Positions 57,483-64,000 of a DNA stretch of 64,000 nt are shown here, one piece after another. The DNA is from an uncultured delta proteobacterium. GTDB lineage: Bacteria > Myxococcota_A > Polyangia > Polyangiales > JAFGIB01. The stretch's first letter is position 1. Each line of letters starts with the position of its first letter. The translations under genes and the position numbers were made by a program. Below the pieces are notes generated by a model. The model did not search any database and was not told the origin of the DNA. It saw only the letters and a program-made list of their open reading frames with translations. The DNA lies in assembly GCA_963778655.1 (NCBI GenBank), contig CAVZVA010000009.1, positions 864,001 through 928,000 on the forward strand. Direction: 5' to 3'.

Positions 57483-58547
57483 ATGAGCTCAGGCAACATC
57501 CTCGTTACCGGCGGAGCCGGCTTCATCGGCTCGAACTTCCTCAACCTGTGGGTGCCGCGCCAGCCCGATCGGCTGTTCGTCAACGTCGACAAGCTCACCT
57601 ATGCCGCCAACCTCGGCAACCTGCGCGCGATCGATGCACGCGACAACTACCGCCTCGAGCGCATCGACATCGCGGACCGCGACCAGGTCGCGGACGTGTT
57701 CGAGCGGCACCAGCCCGAGCTGGTCGTGCACTTCGCCGCGGAGAGCCACGTGGACCGCAGCATCGAGGAGCCGGACGCGTTCATCCGCACCAACATCGAT
57801 GGCACCTTCAACCTGCTCGAGGCATTCCGCCGCCTGCACGCGCGCCGGCCGAGCGCACTGTTCCACCACGTCAGCACCGACGAGGTGTACGGCTCGCTGG
57901 GCGATCAAGGGTATTTCACCGAGAGCACGCCCTATGATCCCTCGAGCCCGTATTCGGCATCCAAGGCCTCGAGCGATCTGCTGGTGCGCGCGTATGCCCG
58001 CACCTACGGCTTGTCGGTCAAGATCACCAACTGCTCGAACAACTACGGCCCGTACCAATTTCCCGAGAAGCTGATCCCGTTGATGATCCTCAACGCGCTC
58101 GAGCGCAAGCCGCTGCCGGTCTACGGCGAGGGCAAGAACGTGCGCGATTGGCTCCACGTGGAGGACCACTGCGAGGCGATCTGGGCGGTGATCGAGCGCG
58201 GCCGCATCGGCGCGACCTACAACGTGGGCGGTCGCAGCGAGCGCCGCAACCTCGACGTGGTCCAGGAGATCTGCCGGCTGGTCGCGGAGGAGACCTCCGC
58301 GCCGAGCGCGGAGTTGCTCGGTCTGATCACCTACGTGCGCGACCGGCCCGGCCACGACCTGCGCTACGCGATCGACGCCTCCAAGATCGAGCGCGAGTGC
58401 GGCTGGCGCCCGCGGCACACCTTCGCTACCGGCCTGCGCGGCACCGTGCGCTGGTACCTCGAGAACCGCGCATGGGTCGACGAGGTTCGCACCGGCGACT
58501 ACCAGCGCTGGATCGACGCCAACTACGGGCGGCGCTCCCCGGCTTGA
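57483..58547 (+). CDS. rmlB: dTDP-glucose 4,6-dehydratase
   Basis: [43 protein letters not shown]. Confidence 0.97.
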   Translation: MSSGNILVTGGAGFIGSNFLNLWVPRQPDRLFVNVDKLTYAANLGNLRAIDARDNYRLERIDIADRDQVADVFERHQPELVVHFAAESHVDRSIEEPDAFIRTNIDGTFNLLEAFRRLHARRPSALFHHVSTDEVYGSLGDQGYFTESTPYDPSSPYSASKASSDLLVRAYARTYGLSVKITNCSNNYGPYQFPEKLIPLMILNALERKPLPVYGEGKNVRDWLHVEDHCEAIWAVIERGRIGATYNVGGRSERRNLDVVQEICRLVAEETSAPSAELLGLITYVRDRPGHDLRYAIDASKIERECGWRPRHTFATGLRGTVRWYLENRAWVDEVRTGDYQRWIDANYGRRSPA

Positions 58548-58601
58548 GCCTCGCTTGCGTCGCGCGTTCGGCGCTGCAAGCGGGAACGCGGGAGCCCCCG
58601 G

Positions 58602-59858
58602 TCAGGCAGGCTCCTGCACGCGCAGCAGCACCGCGCCACCGGCGGCCAGCAGCAGCGTGAGCGAGAGGATCGACAGCCGCGGATTTCCGGTGAGCAGGCT
58701 GGTCAGTCCCATCAGCGCCGGTCCGATGATGGCCGCGGACTTGCTCAGCATGTTGTAGAAACCGAAGAACTCACCGGCTTCGGCCTCGGGGATGAGCCGG
58801 CTGTAGAGCGCGCGGCTCAGCGATTGCACACCGCCCTGCACCAGCCCGATGACCACTGCCAGCGCGTAGAACTCTCGCTCGGTGCGCATGCCGTAGCCGT
58901 AGAGCGTGACGCCCACGTATACGACCAGCCCGAGCAGCACCGCGCGCTTGCTGCCGATCGCGGTGCCGAGCCGGCCGAAAGCGAGCGCCGCGGGGAAGCC
59001 GACGAATTGCGCGATCAGCAGCGCGATCGTCAAGCTGCTGGCCTTCAGCTTGAGCGAGAGCCCATAGTCCATGGCCATCGTGATCACGGTGTCGACCCCG
59101 TCGATGTACAGCCAGTACGCCAGCAGAAACATCCACACCACGCGCATCGAGCGCACGCGCAGCAGCGTGGCCCGCAGCTGACGCAGCGCGCCGGCGATCG
59201 CCTGCAGCGGTGGCACGGGCGTGCCGTCGGCATCCGGCTCGGGCACGTAGCGCAGCAAGGGCAGCGTGAACGCCACCCACCAGAGCGCAACCGTAACGAA
59301 CGACAGGCGCACTCCAGCCTCGACGCCGGAGAGCCCGAAGCGCGCAGGCTGCAGCGCCATCAGCGTGTTGAGCGCGAACAGCGAGCCCCCGCCGAGGTAG
59401 CCCAGCGCGTAGCCGAGCGCCGAGGCGCGATCGGTCTGTTCGGGCCGGGCGACCGCCAGCAGTAAGCTGTCGTAGAACACCAGGCTGGCGAAGAAGCCGA
59501 TGCTGGCCGCCGCGTAGACCCACGCGGCGGTCTGCCAGTCGCCTTTGGAGACGAGGCACAGCGCGCCGGTCATGCTCGCCCCGAGCACGGCGAAGAAGGC
59601 GAGCATGCGCTTCTTGGCGCGGCCCTTGTCGGCGATCGCGCCGAGCAAGGGCGCGCTCAACGCGACCACCAGGCTCGCGCTGGAGTTGGCCATGCCGAGA
59701 TGGAACGTGCTGGTCGTGACGTCGGCGCCTGCGCTCCAGTACTTCTTGAAGAAGAGCGGAAAGAAGCCGGCCATCACCGTGGTGGTGAAGGCCGAGTTGC
59801 CCCAGTCGTAGAAAGCCCAAGCCCAGAGCGCGCGCGTTGCCGGAGGCTCTCGCGACAT
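58602..59858 (-). CDS. MFS transporter, UMF1/ATG22-like family
   Basis: WAFYDWGNSAF, GYALGYLGG, DGVDTVI, QSLSR, EFFGFY. Confidence 0.9.
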   Translation of the reverse strand: MSREPPATRALWAWAFYDWGNSAFTTTVMAGFFPLFFKKYWSAGADVTTSTFHLGMANSSASLVVALSAPLLGAIADKGRAKKRMLAFFAVLGASMTGALCLVSKGDWQTAAWVYAAASIGFFASLVFYDSLLLAVARPEQTDRASALGYALGYLGGGSLFALNTLMALQPARFGLSGVEAGVRLSFVTVALWWVAFTLPLLRYVPEPDADGTPVPPLQAIAGALRQLRATLLRVRSMRVVWMFLLAYWLYIDGVDTVITMAMDYGLSLKLKASSLTIALLIAQFVGFPAALAFGRLGTAIGSKRAVLLGLVVYVGVTLYGYGMRTEREFYALAVVIGLVQGGVQSLSRALYSRLIPEAEAGEFFGFYNMLSKSAAIIGPALMGLTSLLTGNPRLSILSLTLLLAAGGAVLLRVQEPA

Positions 59859-59934
59859 GGCGCGATGTGATCACAGCTGCGCGCCCGCGGCAAGCACGAG
59901 GGCACCCGCACCCGGCGGACCTCGACACGGCGAG

Positions 59935-60378
59935 TCAGTCGGTGCGAACGGTTCGCACCAGCAGCCCGGCTTCGTCGAGCATCGCAGCGCTCAGGTCGAA
60001 GTCCTCCCGCCAGCGCTCCGGGATCTCGAGGCCGGCCGGGTACGCGATTTCGGCGATGCCGGCTTGTATCAGCGAGCGCGCGCAACGCGTACAGGGCGGC
60101 CAGGTCACGTACGCGATGCAGCCCTTGAGCGAGACGCCGATGCGCGCGGCGTGCATGATCGCGTTCTCCTCGGCATGGCACGCCAGTGGGTATTTCTTCT
60201 CCCGGTCTTGGAGGCGTTCGGCGTTGTCCTCGATGCCGCGGGGAAAGCCGTTGAAGCCGGTGCTGCGGATCTCGCGGTCGGGGCCCACGACCACGCAACC
60301 GACCTGCGTCGACGGGTCCTTGCTCCACTGCGCAATATGCTTCGCAAGAGCTACGAAACGCGCGTCCCAGTTCGCCAT
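59935..60378 (-). CDS. dCMP deaminase family protein
   Basis: WDARF, SKDPSTQVG, GFNGFPRG, HAEENA, PCTRC zinc motifs. Confidence 0.93.
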   Translation of the reverse strand: MANWDARFVALAKHIAQWSKDPSTQVGCVVVGPDREIRSTGFNGFPRGIEDNAERLQDREKKYPLACHAEENAIMHAARIGVSLKGCIAYVTWPPCTRCARSLIQAGIAEIAYPAGLEIPERWREDFDLSAAMLDEAGLLVRTVRTD

Positions 60379-60673
60379 CGAGCGGCCGCTCCGGATCGGG
60401 TCCAAAAGGGCGGCGCGGCTGTCTCGCGGGCGCCCGGAAGCTCGCTCATACCGCGTCGCGGGATTCGCAGCCAGCTCAAATCTCGGGCCTACGCACATGT
60501 GGGACAGGGTCAGCGCGCTTTTCTGCGTTTGCCGCGAGCCGACCGCTGGACATCGCGCACACTCCGGATACGAGATAGGCTGTAGCACGGACGCGGTTCG
60601 CTTAGGATTGGGTGAGGGTGACGGTGCGAGGTCGGTCCAGGTGGCGAAGGCGTTGTCTGTCGAAGTAGCCGAG

Positions 60674-62236
60674 ATGACCAGGTGGTTGGCTGGCGCACCG
60701 TGGGTGCTCGCGGCGGTCATTTTCGGCACGGGCTGCGGGCTCGCGCGAAGCCCCGAGCTTTCCGGCGACTCGCGCGCGCCACAGGCGACGGTGGCCGTGC
60801 CCACGCGCAATACCGTTACCAACAACAACGGCAACGACACCACCCAGAGCTTCGGCCCCATGGCCGTGCCCACCACGCCGGTGATGCCGATGCAGACCGG
60901 CGGCCTGCAGTGCGGTGGAGTGTTTTGCCCCTTTGCCGCCGATCCGATTCAGCCGTGCTGCACGTCCGAAGCCGATGTCACGGCAGGCGCGGCGCGGACG
61001 GCGGGCCAGTGCGGCCTCGACTTCAGCCAAACCGCCGCCACCTACTACGGCGGCTCGTGCTGGCAGCGCGATCAGCTCGGCGTGGTCGATGACCGCTGTC
61101 CTGCGGTCATGGTGGCCGGCGGGCTGCAGGAGCCAGGCTGCTGCAGTGACCAGGGCAAGTGCGGGGGGCTGAACACGACCGAGATGCTCGGCTGTCATTA
61201 CGCGGCCGGCGAGACGCCCAAGCCGTGCGGCATGATGGACGTCGAAAAGGACAAGACCTGCGAGCCGCTCGGCATTTTCGGCATTCGCTCGCTGGTCGAC
61301 GTGTCTTGGGGCGGGCGTTCCGGCGGATTGGTCGGCTTGACCGACGACGGCCGGGCAATGATGACCTTCCACTTGAAGGTCACCGTCAGCAGCATCGATC
61401 CCAACACCAACGAGGTGCACGGCGAGGTCCAGCCGTGCAACGTGGTGCTGCCGCCGTTCTACAGCACCACGCTGTGCGAGTCGTACTTCCCCGAGTTCCC
61501 GGTTTCGATCTGGGAGAGCCCGAAGCTGCCCAAGATCGAGCTGAGCGGCCGCTACCAATGCCTCAATCCCGGCTGCATCATGACGATCGACGCCAAGACT
61601 GCGCTGCTCGGCATCGATCTGACCAATCCCGAAGCGCCGTGGCCATCACCCACGGATACGCCCTCGCTGAGCTGCCCTGCCGGAAGTGGTGCGCAATGCT
61701 TCCCCGATCAGGACAACGACAAGCTGCCTGGGATGACGGTCAAGCTGCGCACGATGGGCATGGCGCCGCCCGGCGTCGGCTGTGCGAATACCGGATACGC
61801 CTTTCAAGGCGCGCCGCTCAGCTCGAGCCCGGCCGCGATCTTCGGCGGCGTGCGGCGCGCCGACCGTGTGCTGCTGGGAACGCGGACCAAGCTCGGCGGC
61901 TCGGGCAAGATCTCCGACGACTGCAACAGCGGAAGCGGTACCGGCATTGCCGAGTTCGTGCAGTCGCGGGCCTGGGGCTGCCTGGTGCAACCGGGCACCG
62001 CGGACTTTCCCGGGCCGGCGGCGGGGCCGAACGAGGCCTGCGGCGCGGCTCAGGCCCAGTTCCTCGATGAGAACATGCCGATCTACAACATCCTCGCCGT
62101 GGGACAGGCACCCGACCCGATGCTCAACGTGGTCGACAAGTCGGTCAGCGAGGGTTCCAAGTTCAGCATGGTGCGTCTGGGCAAGCTCGGCGACACCGTG
62201 ACCTGCGCGGACGTGCGCAACGCGACTTATCCCTGA
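60674..62236 (+). CDS. Cys-rich lipoprotein of unknown function
   Basis: MTRWLAGAPWVLAAVIFGTGC lipobox-like start; Cys-rich N-domain, DQDNDKLPG Ca-binding-like motif, C-terminal TCADVR. Confidence 0.8.
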   Translation: MTRWLAGAPWVLAAVIFGTGCGLARSPELSGDSRAPQATVAVPTRNTVTNNNGNDTTQSFGPMAVPTTPVMPMQTGGLQCGGVFCPFAADPIQPCCTSEADVTAGAARTAGQCGLDFSQTAATYYGGSCWQRDQLGVVDDRCPAVMVAGGLQEPGCCSDQGKCGGLNTTEMLGCHYAAGETPKPCGMMDVEKDKTCEPLGIFGIRSLVDVSWGGRSGGLVGLTDDGRAMMTFHLKVTVSSIDPNTNEVHGEVQPCNVVLPPFYSTTLCESYFPEFPVSIWESPKLPKIELSGRYQCLNPGCIMTIDAKTALLGIDLTNPEAPWPSPTDTPSLSCPAGSGAQCFPDQDNDKLPGMTVKLRTMGMAPPGVGCANTGYAFQGAPLSSSPAAIFGGVRRADRVLLGTRTKLGGSGKISDDCNSGSGTGIAEFVQSRAWGCLVQPGTADFPGPAAGPNEACGAAQAQFLDENMPIYNILAVGQAPDPMLNVVDKSVSEGSKFSMVRLGKLGDTVTCADVRNATYP

Positions 62237-62356
62237 ACCAGCTGCGCGTTCCTGCGGCGCTCCCCCACGGCACTGTGCAAAACAGGCCACCGTTGTGTTC
62301 CGCAGGTAACCGCCTAGACTCCGCCTAGGGGAAAGCTTGCGAGGGTGCTGCCTGTG

Positions 62357-64000
62357 ATGCGGATTGATCGACTCGTCTCAACCGTCCCACTCGTGTTGTT
62401 GATGGCCGCCGGCTGTTCGGGCTCGCACAACGCGGACAAAGTCGACGGCGGCGCGATGCAAGATGCCGGCGGCGGGGGGAGCACCAAGAACGACGCCGGC
62501 AAGGACGGGTCGGTCAAGCCCGGCACCGGGGGAAAGGGCAGCGGCGGGACAGGCGGCAGCGGCGGGACAGGCGGCAGCGGCGGTGGCGGCGATGCCGGGT
62601 CGATGAGCTGCGGCAAGCAGACCTGCATGGCGCCCTCGACCTGCGACACCAGCGGAAGCACGCCGGTCTGCACCTGTCCCCCGCACTACCGGCTGACAAC
62701 CTCGGGCACCACCTCGAGTTGTACGGATATCGACGAGTGCGCCACTGCAGCGCTCAACGACTGCGACAGCCACGCGACCTGCACCAACACGCCCGGCGGC
62801 TATGACTGCGCCTGCAACGAGCCGGCCTGGAGCGGCGACGGCAAGAGCTGCGCCTGCGCCAGCGGCTACAGCGACAGCTCGGGCGACTGCAAGGCCGACG
62901 ACGGCACCGCTTGCGGCTCTGACGACGACTGCACCAACGGTCACTGCGTGGCTTCGGTGTGCTGCGCCAGCGCCTGCGATGGCCCCGGCGCGTGCCAAGT
63001 CGCCGACGGCGCCACCTGCGCGGATGGCTCGACCTGCGTGTATGCGGCGGCAGACGACGGCACCGCCTGCGACGACGGCGACGGCTGCACCATGACCGAC
63101 ACCTGCAGCGGTGGCGCCTGTACGGGCAGCGGCACGCCGGATTGCAACGACGACAACCCATGCACGGCCGACAGCTGCGTGTCGCCGGGCGGCTGCACCC
63201 ACGACGGCACTGGCATCACAGACGCCTGCATGGTCGGTGTCGCAGACGTGTGCAACACCTACCAGTGCCGTGGCGACGCCGCAGGCCATTGCGACAGCAC
63301 CCCGACCGCGACGGCGATGAGCTGCACGAGCCTCAACAGCCAGTGTACGACCGGCATCTGCGATCCCACTGCCGGCTGCATGGCGATGGCGACCCGCGAA
63401 GGCATGGACTGCGACGACGGCGATCCCTGCACGGACGGCGAGGTTTGCACCTCGGGCACGTGCACGGGTGGCACTGCGCAGAGCTGCAACGATGGCAATC
63501 CGTGCACCGACGATCTTTGTGCGGCGGGGGTGGGTTGTCAGTACAACGTCAACGCTGCGTCTTGCGACGACGGCAATCCGTGCACCCAGAACGACCAGTG
63601 CTCAAACGGTGCCTGCCAGCCCGGTGCTTTGAAGAGCTGCCCTGGGGACACCTGCAACGATGGCGTTTGCAACACGTCGAACGGTAACTGCGAGAAGACC
63701 CCGAAGTCGGGTACGATCTCCTGCGATGACAACAATTCCTGCAGCGCCAGCAGCACCTGCTCGAACGGGACTTGCCCGTACAACGGCAGCACCGACGCAT
63801 GTGGCGCCGGCGCCACGGACTGCAACGGGTCGGGCGCATCGCCCGACTGCACGTGCGACACGGCCAACGGCTACACCAAAGTCAACGGCGTGTGCGTGCC
63901 CACGGTCAACGAGTGCGACAGCAATCCCTGCGTGAACATTGCGAGCTGCACGGATCCTTCAGGCAACAGCGGAGACTTCAGCTGCCAATGCCCTGATGGC
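62357..64000 (+). CDS. Large Cys-rich lipoprotein with Ca-binding EGF-like domains and CDDGNPCT repeats (runs off the window end)
   Basis: Absent from the ORF track; translated by hand. MRIDRLVSTVPLVLLMAAGC, Gly linker, CTDIDEC...CTNTPGGYDCAC, repeated C(D/N)DG(N/D)PCT, final VNECDSNPC...FSCQCPDG. Confidence 0.88.
   Translation, partial: MRIDRLVSTVPLVLLMAAGCSGSHNADKVDGGAMQDAGGGGSTKNDAGKDGSVKPGTGGKGSGGTGGSGGTGGSGGGGDAGSMSCGKQTCMAPSTCDTSGSTPVCTCPPHYRLTTSGTTSSCTDIDECATAALNDCDSHATCTNTPGGYDCACNEPAWSGDGKSCACASGYSDSSGDCKADDGTACGSDDDCTNGHCVASVCCASACDGPGACQVADGATCADGSTCVYAAADDGTACDDGDGCTMTDTCSGGACTGSGTPDCNDDNPCTADSCVSPGGCTHDGTGITDACMVGVADVCNTYQCRGDAAGHCDSTPTATAMSCTSLNSQCTTGICDPTAGCMAMATREGMDCDDGDPCTDGEVCTSGTCTGGTAQSCNDGNPCTDDLCAAGVGCQYNVNAASCDDGNPCTQNDQCSNGACQPGALKSCPGDTCNDGVCNTSNGNCEKTPKSGTISCDDNNSCSASSTCSNGTCPYNGSTDACGAGATDCNGSGASPDCTCDTANGYTKVNGVCVPTVNECDSNPCVNIASCTDPSGNSGDFSCQCPDG

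Noticed and set aside
59837..60673. N-terminal extension of the 799-aa ORF
   Set aside because: It overlaps the dCMP deaminase on the opposite strand; the signal peptide begins at ATG 60674.

Overview
High-GC bacterial DNA, most likely from a myxobacterium (Myxococcota, Polyangia-like). This is inferred from Cys/Gly-rich lipoproteins, a DUF1592/DUF1552 pair and a TIGR02266-type PilZ protein. The left ~13 kb holds Cys-rich lipoproteins, ClC, NfeD/SPFH, an AT-hook protein, MFS, an RlmI-like methyltransferase and TerC. About 13.5-58.5 kb is a large Wzx/Wzy-type exopolysaccharide locus: Wzc-like copolymerase, flippase, polymerase, WcaJ, two OPX exporters, glycosyltransferases, sulfotransferase, deacetylase, acetyltransferases, lyase-like lipoprotein and rmlABCD, with an exosortase E/VPEID-CTERM pair and candidate sigma-54 promoters. 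The most unusual element lies inside this locus at 39.3-45.8 kb: a compact cassette joining pyrrole-2-carbonyl starter machinery (prolyl-PCP dehydrogenase, Pro adenylation enzyme, PCP) to a dissociated type II PKS (ACP, KS, chain-length factor, KR), with no visible dehydratase or release enzyme. The right end has an MFS, dCMP deaminase and two Cys-rich lipoproteins, one with EGF-like domains. I recognised no rRNA, tRNA, CRISPR array or mobile element. All calls come from motif recognition by eye, without database searches, and several start codons are estimates.
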